A stretch of DNA of 63,037 nt from an uncultured Phycisphaeraceae bacterium (lineage in GTDB: Bacteria > Planctomycetota > Phycisphaerae > UBA1845), in the NCBI GenBank assembly GCA_964648365.1, contig CAZYLK010000008.1, positions 1 to 63,037 on the forward strand, given 5' to 3'. The stretch's first letter is position 1; the number at the start of each line of letters is the position of its first letter. The position numbers were made by a program, and so were the translations under genes. Of the stretch, positions 12,663 to 24,137 are shown one piece after another. The notes beneath the pieces are model-generated. The model did not search any database. It was not told the DNA's origin and saw only the letters and a list, made by a program, of their open reading frames with translations.

Positions 12663-12794
12663 CCTCCCGAGCCGCTGTCGATTACCCACACCCCCTCCCC
12701 TTTCTAATGGCCAACCGGCCCGTCTTGAGGTAGATTGCAATAGCGTGGACGCGGGTCTGCGCGGGCCGGGGCGGCGGGACGGGAGGTTGCGGCG

Positions 12795-13586
12795 ATGGAC
12801 ATGGCGGCAGTGGCGACGATACCGATCGCAGCGTTGGATCCGGCGGGCGTGCTGGCCCAGGCGTCTGGCTGGGCTTCGGCGTATCTTTTCTGCCTGATCG
12901 TCGGCGGAGGCTTTCTGCTTTTCTCGCTCGTTTTCGGCGGCCAGGGCGAGGCGGGCGACGTCGACTTCGACGGCGCCGCGGGCGTGGACGTTGATGCCGG
13001 CGGCGGCGAGTTCGACATGGACGCCTCCGGAGGCGACGTGGACCTCGATGCCGGCGGCGACCTGGGCGCGGACGGGGCGGCCGACGCCCACGAGGTCGCC
13101 GGCCACGCGACCGACATCCACCACGGACCCGAGTGGCTGTCGCTGTCGAGTTGGCTGTCCTTCCGATTCCTGATCTACTTCATGGCCACCTTCGGCGCGG
13201 TAGGAACGGTCCTGACGTACCTGTCCGACCTGGGCGTCGCCACAAAGGCGGTCGCATCGATCGGGTCGGGGCTGGTGGTCGGCCAGGCCGTGCAGCAGCT
13301 TTTTCGCCGGCTCCAGCGCGGGCCGGATTCGTCGGTCAGCCGGGCGGACTATGTGCGCCGGATTGGCCGGGTGACCGTGGCGATCGCACCGGGCCGAAAG
13401 GGCGAGGTGGCGGTCGAGGTGGCGGATTCGCAGCGGTTCGTTCCCGCGCGAGCCCAGCGGGATACGGACGGCTTTGCGGTGGGTGAACAGGTCGTGCTGA
13501 CGGCCTACGACGCAGGAACGGCGACGGTCGTGTCGCGAAAAGAATATGAGTTCCTCCACGAGGAGGACAAGGGAGCTGAGGCATGA
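12795..13586 (+). CDS. NfeD/YqiJ-like membrane protein
   Basis: Two TM regions flank an acidic G/D-rich linker. The C-terminal beta-barrel-like segment is GRVTVAIAPGRKGEVAVEV...GEQVVLTAYDAGTATV. Its stop overlaps the flotillin start (ATGA at 13583-13586), matching the classic NfeD-SPFH pairing. Confidence 0.65.
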   Translation: MDMAAVATIPIAALDPAGVLAQASGWASAYLFCLIVGGGFLLFSLVFGGQGEAGDVDFDGAAGVDVDAGGGEFDMDASGGDVDLDAGGDLGADGAADAHEVAGHATDIHHGPEWLSLSSWLSFRFLIYFMATFGAVGTVLTYLSDLGVATKAVASIGSGLVVGQAVQQLFRRLQRGPDSSVSRADYVRRIGRVTVAIAPGRKGEVAVEVADSQRFVPARAQRDTDGFAVGEQVVLTAYDAGTATVVSRKEYEFLHEEDKGAEA

Positions 13587-14947
13587 ACGCGTTGATTCTC
13601 GCGCAGGTTCCGACGTGGGTGTACGGTCTGGCGGGGCTCGTGCTGGTGGGAGGCACGTTCCTGGTCGTCATCATTTCCCGCTTCATCGTTGTCGGGAACC
13701 CGAGCGAACTGCTGGTGATCAGCGGTAAGAAGACGGAAGGTCGCGGCTATCGAACGCTGATCGGCGGGCGCACGCTGCGCATTCCGGTCATCGAAAAGGT
13801 CGATCGGCTCAGCCTGCGCAACATGCAGGTGGGGCTGGAGGTCAAGGCCCAGGCCGGCGGCGGCACGATGATCCCGATCAGCGTCACCGGCGTGGCCAAC
13901 GTCAAGATATCGTCCGAACCGGACACGCGCGGCAACGCCATTGAGCGCTTCCTCGGCCATCCGCCCACGGCCATGCAGCTTGTCGCCCGCGAGACGCTGG
14001 AAGGCGGCCTGCGCGCGGTCATCGGCAAGATGACGCCGGAAGAAATCGTCGAAGACCGCGACAAGTTCGTCGCTACGGTGATGAACGAAGTCAACGACGA
14101 CTTCCGCAAGCTGGGCATGATCATCGACAGCGTCAACATTCAAAACGTCCACGACGAGGATCAATATCTGGAGTCCATCGCCCGCAAGGCGTCGGCCCAG
14201 GTTCGCGCCAGCGCACGCCAGTACGAAGCAGAGCGCAAGTCAGAGGCGGACATCAAGGAAGCCCAGGCCCAGGCGCAGGCGCGCCAGGCCCAGGCCGAGC
14301 GCGACGCCGAAGCCCGCACGGCCGAGGCCGCCAGCCATCAGAAGTCCGAGCAGGCGCGTCTGGCCGCGGAAAAGGCCATCGCCGACGCCGATACGGCACT
14401 GCGCATCCGCAAAGCCGAACTGGCCGCCCAGGCGGAACTGAAGGAAGCCGACTGGCAAAAGGCCGCGGCGGAGGCGGAAGAGGCGCGGCTCATCGCAACC
14501 AAGATCAAGCAGGCCAACGTCGCCCGCGACGTTGCCAAGGCCGAGGCCGAAGGCGCCGCGGCCAGGGTGCTCGAAGAGGGCAAGGCCCGCGCCGCCGCCA
14601 TCGAGCAGATCGGCCGCGCCATCGAGGCGCACCCGGACGCGCTGAAAGTCATGCTGGCGGAAATGATGCCCGAGGTCGTGCGCGAGCTGACCAAGACGCT
14701 CAGCGGCGTCAATCTCGGCGACGTAACCGTCATCGACAGCGGCAACGGCCAGGCCGTAGCCGGCGCCGCCCTGAGCCGGGCGCGTATGCTGTCCGAATCC
14801 CTGGCGACGCTGGAAGGCGTGCTCGGGATCGATATGCGCGCGTTGACCAAGTCGATTGCGAGCAACATCGCCGGGGGGAATGGCGGCGGGAGCGACGCGG
14901 CAGCGGCTGCGAAGACCGCGCGGCCGAAGCCGCCTGCGGGCCAGTGA
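13583..14947 (+). CDS. Flotillin-like SPFH/band-7 protein (YqiK/FloT type)
   Basis: N-terminal TM, an SPFH core (VISGKK...RTLRIPVIEKVDRLSLRNMQV...VNIQNV), then a long Ala/Glu/Lys/Gln coiled-coil (AQAQAQARQAQAERDAEART...). Confidence 0.9.
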   Translation: MNALILAQVPTWVYGLAGLVLVGGTFLVVIISRFIVVGNPSELLVISGKKTEGRGYRTLIGGRTLRIPVIEKVDRLSLRNMQVGLEVKAQAGGGTMIPISVTGVANVKISSEPDTRGNAIERFLGHPPTAMQLVARETLEGGLRAVIGKMTPEEIVEDRDKFVATVMNEVNDDFRKLGMIIDSVNIQNVHDEDQYLESIARKASAQVRASARQYEAERKSEADIKEAQAQAQARQAQAERDAEARTAEAASHQKSEQARLAAEKAIADADTALRIRKAELAAQAELKEADWQKAAAEAEEARLIATKIKQANVARDVAKAEAEGAAARVLEEGKARAAAIEQIGRAIEAHPDALKVMLAEMMPEVVRELTKTLSGVNLGDVTVIDSGNGQAVAGAALSRARMLSESLATLEGVLGIDMRALTKSIASNIAGGNGGGSDAAAAAKTARPKPPAGQ

Positions 14948-15372
14948 CTCGCCAACTACACATGACAACGCCGAGCGCCGACAACTCCTCCAGCCGGGAC
15001 GCCTGCCCTCACTGCGGCGGCGCATCCCGGCGGACGCGCTGGAAGCGCGGCGAAGCGCCGTTCTTCACCATCCGCGGGCCGCGACGCTGCGATTCTTGTG
15101 CGTGCGTCTTCGTTCCCCCGGCGGGCGTTGGGCTGTCGCTGGGGACCGTGGCGTTTGCGCTGTGTTTCGGCCTGCTCCTGATCCCGTCCGCGGGTGAGGT
15201 GTTCCGGGATCTTAGGGACGGGCGGATACTGGGCGGCCTCGTCAACCTCACGCTTCTGGTCGTCACTCTCCCGTGGCTGTGCGTCATCGGCTGGATGGGG
15301 TTTACGCAGTTGCGGGCCGCTCTCCGCAGCCGCGCCGACCAGGCTATGCTCGGCACGGAGGAACTGCGGTAG
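14944..15372 (+). CDS. Zinc-ribbon membrane protein, hypothetical
   Basis: CPHCGG...CDSCAC followed by three predicted TM helices. The GTG at 14944 overlaps the flotillin stop (GTGA). An alternative ATG lies at 14962. Confidence 0.55.
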   Translation: MTRQLHMTTPSADNSSSRDACPHCGGASRRTRWKRGEAPFFTIRGPRRCDSCACVFVPPAGVGLSLGTVAFALCFGLLLIPSAGEVFRDLRDGRILGGLVNLTLLVVTLPWLCVIGWMGFTQLRAALRSRADQAMLGTEELR

Positions 15373-15496
15373 AGCGGCACAGGCACTGTGGCGACTGATC
15401 GTCCATGCCCGGACGTGTGGACGAAAACGGACTGCTGGCGACCAGGTTGCTGCATCTTTGTAGTTGCTGCACTCACGACGAGGCTTCCCAGACCTC

Positions 15497-16381
15497 ATGG
15501 AATCTGTTGCTTCTGTCGCTGATTTGTTCTGCCCGAATTGCGGATACAACCTCCGCGGCGTCTTAGGCGACTGTTGCCCGGAATGCGGTTACGCCCTCGC
15601 GGGGATGCGTTCGGCGGAGCCGGCAATCCCTTGGGTGCGGCGACGGGAGAATGGGCGAGTTCGCACGTTTTGGCAGACCGTGTGGCTGGTGACCTTCAAC
15701 ACGAAGCGTTTCTGCGAGGAATCGGCCCGGACCGTCAGCTTCGCGGATGCGCGGGCGTTTCTGTGGGTGACGCTGCTGCACGTTCATGTATCGCTGCTGG
15801 CGGCGACAGCTTGCTTATATCTGACTGTTCCAGTCGTCCCGGAACCTGATAATCCCATGGCAGCGTCGATGGCAGCAATGATGGGCGCCCCGGCGCAGGC
15901 CTTGTCTACGATGCTCGACCGCGCCTATGGCGAGGTGTGGCCGGTCGCGATTCTCCTGGCCTGCCTGATGCTCTACCTCGCCTGCGCGGCCGTGGCGCCC
16001 AGCTACCTGTTCCATCCGCGCGCCCTCTCAGCGCGGCAGCAGGACAACGGGATCGCAATGAGCTACTACGCTTGCGGACCGCTCGCGCTGTGGCCATTGA
16101 TGATGCTCGCGCTTGTGCCAGCGACGAATGCCGCGTACGTGTTCCCGACGGTTGGACATGGTGTGCTGGTGGCTGCGGCGATCGCCACAGGCGCGGTGGT
16201 CGTCGGATGGTGGGTGACCCTCATGTCCCTCGCGCGGCGCACGATGCCTCAACTCAAGCGGCAACGGTTGACGGTCGCGATCGGCCTGCCAGTGCTATGG
16301 CTTACCCTGGCCGGCCTCATTCTCGTCGGCCTGCCGTTTATCGTCCTCTCCATCCTCGTTGTTCTCGATAGTCTGCGCTGA
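15497..16381 (+). CDS. Zinc-ribbon (CPNCGYNLRG...CPECGY) multi-pass membrane protein, hypothetical
   Basis: ATG at 15497 (MESVASVADLFCPNCGYNLRGVLGDCCPECGYAL) followed by about 6 hydrophobic helices. The track ORF starts at a TTG at 15464. Confidence 0.6.
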   Translation: MESVASVADLFCPNCGYNLRGVLGDCCPECGYALAGMRSAEPAIPWVRRRENGRVRTFWQTVWLVTFNTKRFCEESARTVSFADARAFLWVTLLHVHVSLLAATACLYLTVPVVPEPDNPMAASMAAMMGAPAQALSTMLDRAYGEVWPVAILLACLMLYLACAAVAPSYLFHPRALSARQQDNGIAMSYYACGPLALWPLMMLALVPATNAAYVFPTVGHGVLVAAAIATGAVVVGWWVTLMSLARRTMPQLKRQRLTVAIGLPVLWLTLAGLILVGLPFIVLSILVVLDSLR

Positions 16382-17842
16382 CGAGTCACCCGCTCCATCG
16401 TCGTCCTTGGGTTTGCCGTCGAGGTAGAACAGGATATCGCTTCGGTCGAAGTCGATCCGGTGTTCGGGCCTTATGCTCTGCCGACCGCCGTCATCGACGC
16501 CGTTCCGGCCGACGCTGTAGACCAGGGGATGCACCGCGGCCGGGTTGTATCGAATGAGTTCAGCCGCCTGCGACAATGGATCAGCGGGAACCACTGACAG
16601 GTACGCTGGCACGAGCGCATCCAACCGCTCAGGACGGTGTCCCTGGTCGAGTTCGAAGAGCCGTATGGCCAGCGCCGTCGCCGCCAGCCGGCGCTGAGCC
16701 ATCCGAGCGTAGTACGTGCGCACACTTGCGCTTATCGTGTCATCTGTGGTTCCGCCGAGTGCGGATTGCGAGACGGGCCGTGTCAATAATCGAAGCAGAG
16801 ATCGAGATTGTTCCTGCCCGGGAAAGTGCGCCGCCGCCCGCGGCCAATTCCGCTCACGGACGGCATCCGCCGCCAGCGAACAGGGCTGGAGCGCGCGAAT
16901 GGTATCAAGAACGATGATCGGCCTTTCGAGGAAAGCCACCACGCGGTCCCAGCCGGACAATCCTGGAACCGTGTCGAGCATGGCAAGATAGGTCGCTCGG
17001 TCGCCATAGTACATTCGCACCGCCGCCTCTCGGGCGTCGTCCTCGGCCAGCAGTCGGTTGATGAGCGCCTCGACTTGTGCCCGGCTCGCGGGGTGTACGC
17101 CTTCCCCCGCGCCGACTGCGGGTTCGATGACGAGTCGAGCACCAAACTCCTCTACCGTGGACAACCCCAAGTCCTCGCACGCCCAGCCGACCAGCGACGA
17201 GATCAGGACGGGATGGGCATTCACCGTTTCACTGAACGCCGCCAGATCGTGGGTGGTTTCGATGGCGCCGGCGTGATCTCCCGTGCGGTATTGGTGATTG
17301 ATGGCAAACCAGAGCAGCTTGGCGAGCGACCGCTGCTGGGAAACCGGAGGCACGACGAAGGACGCACCCTGCAGGCGATGCTTCCAGGCGACCTGCGGCA
17401 TCGCTCGTGCCCGACGGACGAGTTGGAAGACGTTAGCGTTGCTTTGGTAGAGTTGTTCCGCTTCGACGGGATGGGCATCAAAGGCGTCGGGCTCACTCAG
17501 AAACTGATCATAGGAGACACCTGACGGAGTCGCGAACGTGATGCCCGCGAATGCGGACTCCAGCAGCAACGCCGCGTTCTGGTCATCCCGCACGGCATCC
17601 AGTTCCGCGTCGAACTCGGCGGCATACACCGGCTGGCCCGCGGCGCGATAGCGGTCGAGTTCCGCCTGCAATCGACGGTCCGCCTCCCAACCCCACCACA
17701 ATCGTAACACCACCAGGAAGACGAGCATCCCGCCCGCGATGATGCCGAACCAGCGCAGCCGTCGATGCTGACCGGCCACCAGTCGCCCGCGGCCGGACGC
17801 CGGAGACTCGATACCTGCAATCGTCCCGAGGTTTGAGTTCAC
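16295..17842 (-). CDS. Hypothetical membrane-anchored protein with a pseudopilin-like C-terminal motif
   Basis: GTG at 17842 sits 7 nt after GGAGGAG. It has one TM helix (WFGIIAGGMLVFLVVLRLWW), a helical ectodomain and a C-terminal PLVYSVGRNGVDDGG motif. The first 207 codons of the 722-aa track ORF are Arg-rich and not protein-like. Confidence 0.6.
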   Translation of the reverse strand: MNSNLGTIAGIESPASGRGRLVAGQHRRLRWFGIIAGGMLVFLVVLRLWWGWEADRRLQAELDRYRAAGQPVYAAEFDAELDAVRDDQNAALLLESAFAGITFATPSGVSYDQFLSEPDAFDAHPVEAEQLYQSNANVFQLVRRARAMPQVAWKHRLQGASFVVPPVSQQRSLAKLLWFAINHQYRTGDHAGAIETTHDLAAFSETVNAHPVLISSLVGWACEDLGLSTVEEFGARLVIEPAVGAGEGVHPASRAQVEALINRLLAEDDAREAAVRMYYGDRATYLAMLDTVPGLSGWDRVVAFLERPIIVLDTIRALQPCSLAADAVRERNWPRAAAHFPGQEQSRSLLRLLTRPVSQSALGGTTDDTISASVRTYYARMAQRRLAATALAIRLFELDQGHRPERLDALVPAYLSVVPADPLSQAAELIRYNPAAVHPLVYSVGRNGVDDGGRQSIRPEHRIDFDRSDILFYLDGKPKDDDGAGDSSAQTIENNEDGEDDKRQADENEAGQGKP

Positions 17843-18648
17843 GTTGGACTCCTCCGTTCGTCGGCCCAACCAGTCTACGTCGGCCGCGTACTTGGGTTCA
17901 ACGTCCGGACTCGATCCGTGCGCAAGCTTCGCGGACGATCCGGCAGGATCGCTCGAGCCGATCTCCACCCGCCGCCGGGGAGGGATCCGTCCGCCGACCG
18001 GCCCCCCACGCCCAAGTCGCCACTTGACCGCCCGCCAGTCGACCCGCCAGGTGTCCACCCCCCGGCACCGGCCGTAACGTTCTGTCGCAGCCTTATTTAG
18101 CCGCGCCACTAGACGTCGCTGATCCGTGCGCGAACAATAGCTCGCTTCGGCGGTCGGCGTCTTCGCTGGGATGGCGGCCGAGCCGGGCAGGACGGGATCG
18201 AGTGGGACCGTGCGGCACTGTCTTTGCGGCAAGTGCGCACGCATCCAGGTCGATCGCGTCGCGTCTTTGCGTCCGAACCCGCGGCGATCGTCATCGCCGC
18301 GGCGTGAAGGGTCGTTCGACCGGTGCTCGTGCCGGTCGAAGTCAGGGAGATCTCGCCAGCGAGCGGCACAACGTCCAACCATTGATCTGCAATCGCACCG
18401 GGCGGCCCCTGCGCCCTTACACCTGGGTGCGACTGCCTTTGGCGCGAGTACGAGGCGCCGCACCGGCCGTCCATCGACGCCGGTCGCCGCCGAAACGTCC
18501 TCATTGTCTGCAGGAAGTTACGCGCCAACAGGGTCCGGCGCGGGGTTAATGTCCGATCGATCCCGTGTCCGGACCCGAATTTTTTGGCGGCCATCCGCGC
18601 CCGGTTCCTGGCGTCGTAGCCTCAAGCCCTTCGACGCCTCGTCGCGCT

Positions 18649-18700
18649 CGTGACGTCGTGACGTTTGTACTTCGTGACGTTTGTACTTCGTGACGTTTAC
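18649..18700. repeat. 16-bp tandem repeat CGTGACGTTTGTACTT (2 full units plus 2 partial)
   Basis: cgtgacgt cgtgacgtttgtactt cgtgacgtttgtactt cgtgacgtttac, read directly. One of the more AT-rich spots in the window. Confidence 0.9.
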
Positions 18701-18710
18701 GCCCGAAGTC

Positions 18711-18745
18711 GCGCGGGCTGAAGCCTGGCTGAAGCCCACGGCTCG
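18711..18745. repeat. REP-like element, family B (GC stem with TGAA/TTCA loop)
   Basis: gcgcgggctgaagcctggctgaagcccacggctcg. It is related, in reverse-complement orientation, to the elements at 41813, 41855 and 52888, and more loosely to the hairpin at 49547. Confidence 0.7.
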
Positions 18746-18763
18746 GCGATGCCGCCCAGAAGA

Positions 18764-19336
18764 CTACTGACACAGCGCCCGCCGGTTCACCTGGGCGACG
18801 AACCGGTCCGCGTCCTCCCGCTGCGGGAAAAGGGAGGTAGCCATGCCGACCCAGGTATAGGCGTCGAGCAGCCGCAGTTCCACGACGCACGGCGGGCCGC
18901 CTTCCTGCACCGCCGCCCCGCGGACGCGCTCCCACGGCACCCACTGCCCGCCGAATCCCCACGGACGCAGCAGCAGTCCGTCGCCGGTGACGAACACCTC
19001 CGCCCCCCTCCGCGAGTATCGCCACACCAGCCACACCCCCAGCACTTCGATGCCGATCCACCCGGCGATAATCACGCCGGCCCACAGCCTCATTCCCGAC
19101 GGACCCCAGAACAGGTGGACGGTCTGGCTGAACAGCATCCCGCTTGAACCAAGCAGCGACGGCCACAGCCCTGCCAGCATGGCCCTGTTCGAGGCGCGAT
19201 AGTACAGGCAGTCCTGGTCGTACCGCAGCCCGCATTCCGGACAGGCGTGCTCCGCCGGCAAACCGCGCAGCGGATATCGGCAGCGCGGGCACCGTTCGAA
19301 GACGGGCAGTTCCCCATTCTCGGTGGTTGCGGCCAC
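18764..19336 (-). CDS. Zinc-ribbon (CPRCRYPLRG...CPECGL) membrane protein, hypothetical
   Basis: 190 aa with a GTG start. The N-terminal zinc ribbon resembles that of the 15497 gene. It has two TM helices and a C-terminal soluble domain. Confidence 0.6.
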   Translation of the reverse strand: MAATTENGELPVFERCPRCRYPLRGLPAEHACPECGLRYDQDCLYYRASNRAMLAGLWPSLLGSSGMLFSQTVHLFWGPSGMRLWAGVIIAGWIGIEVLGVWLVWRYSRRGAEVFVTGDGLLLRPWGFGGQWVPWERVRGAAVQEGGPPCVVELRLLDAYTWVGMATSLFPQREDADRFVAQVNRRALCQ

Positions 19337-19648
19337 GCAGTGATCCTACCGCAACCAGTGGGACGAAGCAGCGGCGTCATGCCGGCCGGCGCTTCCCGGC
19401 GCCTCGCGCCATCCTCCCGGCCGGGCGCGCCGAGCCCGCGATGTACATCCGCAAGGTGGACCTTGTCGATGACCCCGGGGATGTGTGAACCATCGTGGTG
19501 GATTTCGGTGACGCCGACTTCGGCGGCAACGTGAGCCTCGCAAACGCGGCGGGGGAAACCGGCAGGCTGCGGAGGCAGCCACGCGGACACGCTCCCTGAC
19601 GGTCGCGGCTCTGCGACGATGCGGACCGAGCGACGAGGTAACCTGATG

Positions 19649-20551
19649 CTACCGCGGCCCGGTAATCCGCTCGGTCATCGCGCCGTGGTCCGCCAGGTCG
19701 ATGCGCCCGTCGCCGTTGAAGTCATACGCGGCGCACGCCCGCCCGACGCTGCCGCCCTCTTCCCCGGTGAAACACGCCGAAAACCCAGCCAGATCCGCGA
19801 GGTCGACGTCGCCGTCCGCATCCGCGTCGCCGAAATCGACCACCATGATCCACGCCCCCCCCGGGCCGTCGACGTAATCCACTTCGTAGCCGGCGGGCGG
19901 AACCGGGATGGGCCGATCGCCGTCGACGCCGGCCACGGTCGGCGTGCCGTCGGGCACGGCGTCGCCCCCGGTGTCGAGCGTCCGCGCGGCCGCGACTGAA
20001 AAGGCGCCGTGCCCCGGCGCCCAGACCGTGACCATGTCGCCGACGTAGAGCGCAAACACGTCCCCCGCGCGTGCATCGGCGAGGGAAGCGTCTGCCTCGA
20101 AAATCGCCACCGGCGTCTTCGGGATCACCACCGGACCCGGCTGGTCGAAGCCGCCTTCGGCGTACTGAACTTCCGGCCCGGCGAAGAGCGGATCGAAGCC
20201 GGGGTCCAGCCAGCCGACGTTATGCGGATGAACGGCCTGCAGCGCCCGGCCTCCCAGAGCAGTAAGCCGCCCACGATGGGTCTCGCCGGGCACGTGGCCC
20301 AGTGCGATCCCGCGGTTGATCCCGCCGAGATAGCCGATGTCCCACAGCGTCCGCGTCTGAAGCGGGTCGAACACGCAGACGCGGATGCCGTCCACGCGCA
20401 CCGTGCCGCGCTCGACCGCCACGAAATCCTGAAACCCGGCGATCCGCGGGTTCATATCCACGGCCACGGTGACGCGATCATTCGTCGCCGCATCGGCCGA
20501 CAGCGCGGCGAACGACGCCACCCATCCGAAGATCATCACATATTCCGCCAT
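19649..20551 (-). CDS. Secreted hypothetical protein with a C-terminal dockerin/EF-hand-like module
   Basis: ATG at 20551 is preceded by GGAGGGAGG. Signal-like N-terminus MAEYVMIFGWVASFAALSADA. C-terminus is DADADGDVDLADLAGFSACFTG...YDFNGDGRIDLADH. Confidence 0.65.
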   Translation of the reverse strand: MAEYVMIFGWVASFAALSADAATNDRVTVAVDMNPRIAGFQDFVAVERGTVRVDGIRVCVFDPLQTRTLWDIGYLGGINRGIALGHVPGETHRGRLTALGGRALQAVHPHNVGWLDPGFDPLFAGPEVQYAEGGFDQPGPVVIPKTPVAIFEADASLADARAGDVFALYVGDMVTVWAPGHGAFSVAAARTLDTGGDAVPDGTPTVAGVDGDRPIPVPPAGYEVDYVDGPGGAWIMVVDFGDADADGDVDLADLAGFSACFTGEEGGSVGRACAAYDFNGDGRIDLADHGAMTERITGPR

Positions 20552-20756
20552 CAGGCCACCTCCCTCCTGCGTATGGTACCAGATCTCGACCGTTGTGGCG
20601 CACGGCTTGGAAGCTGCACGCTCAGGCTGCCGCCCCCGTAGATCCCCGCCGACCAGAGTCACCGCGCGTCGCCGGAATTTCGCCGGCACGCCCCGGATCC
20701 GATAAACTGCCGGCAGTGATCGGCGCCCCTGCCTGGCCGCGCAGGCGGCAGGCACC

Positions 20757-20785
20757 CTTGGGGGTCAGGAATTCGCAGGCTACAA
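20757..20785 (+). promoter_or_regulatory. Possible sigma-70-type promoter TTGGGG-17-TACAAT
   Basis: Hexamers and the 17-nt spacer were read directly, about 58 nt upstream of the 20843 ORF. No other support. Confidence 0.3.
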
Positions 20786-20842
20786 TGTCTGGCGTAATCC
20801 GGTCGCACAACAATCCGGACATGTGCAGCCCAGGACACGACC

Positions 20843-21124
20843 ATGCTCGACGCGCAGTCTACATCCAGTATCGAAGAGAACCTGTCCAAGTGGCGCAGGG
20901 AAGCGCGTTCTTTCGACGCCATGCGGGAGCGACTCTGGCAGAATCCTCACTTGCGGGATCGCTTCGTCGCCATCCACCACGGCGCCGTCGTCGATGATGA
21001 CGCCGACCGGATGACACTGGCGCGTCGAACGCAGCAGACCTTCCCGGAGACCGCCATTCTCATCGAGCAAGTGCGGCCGCACCCCCGATCCGCTGACGTT
21101 CCGTCACCCGAGGTCTGCGGATGA
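20843..21124 (+). CDS. Small hypothetical protein (93 aa)
   Basis: ATG with AGGA about 10 nt upstream. The composition looks protein-like (WRREARSFDAMRERLWQNPHLRDRFVAIHHGAVVDDDAD). Family not recognised with confidence. Confidence 0.4.
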   Translation: MLDAQSTSSIEENLSKWRREARSFDAMRERLWQNPHLRDRFVAIHHGAVVDDDADRMTLARRTQQTFPETAILIEQVRPHPRSADVPSPEVCG

Positions 21125-21331
21125 AGCATAGCTACAGCGAGGCGTCGAGTCCGCCAGCACTGGTCCAGGCCTCCGATCCCGCCGCACTTCAGTCTCCCCT
21201 GAGAGGTGCCGATATTCCTGCCACTGGAAGAGCCAAAACCGTCGAGGCCGTCGGGAGCGGCCCTCGTACGGACCGACGCAACCGCGGAGCCGGTTGCGAC
21301 GGACATGCCTCGGGACACCCTTCGCGTCTCT

Positions 21332-23866
<2,535 letters not shown>

Positions 23867-24137
23867 TCCGCTACGCTGAGCACGACCCCGCCTGCGATGC
23901 CGGCGCATCTTTCCGGACCTGCCACGGTCGCCCCGGCGGGACGATCTGTGCGATCTTGCAGCCGCGTGAATCCCCGCAAACAGCCGTCGCCTACCCAACT
24001 CCAGCGGATCCAACGCCGCTGGAGCGGCCGGCCGCGTAACGCCGCCGCGATAACGAGGCCGACACCGGTCGGGCCGGCCCGGCCGACGGCACATGCCGCG
24101 TCGGCCTGAGATTGTTCCTCTGACGCTGGAGACAGAT

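Noticed and set aside
17843-18463. The N-terminal 207 codons of the 722-aa ORF 16295-18463(-).
   Set aside because: The sequence is Arg/Cys/Trp-rich and non-protein-like. A GTG at 17842 with a GGAGGAG Shine-Dalgarno 7 nt upstream precedes the TM helix, so the gene was shortened.
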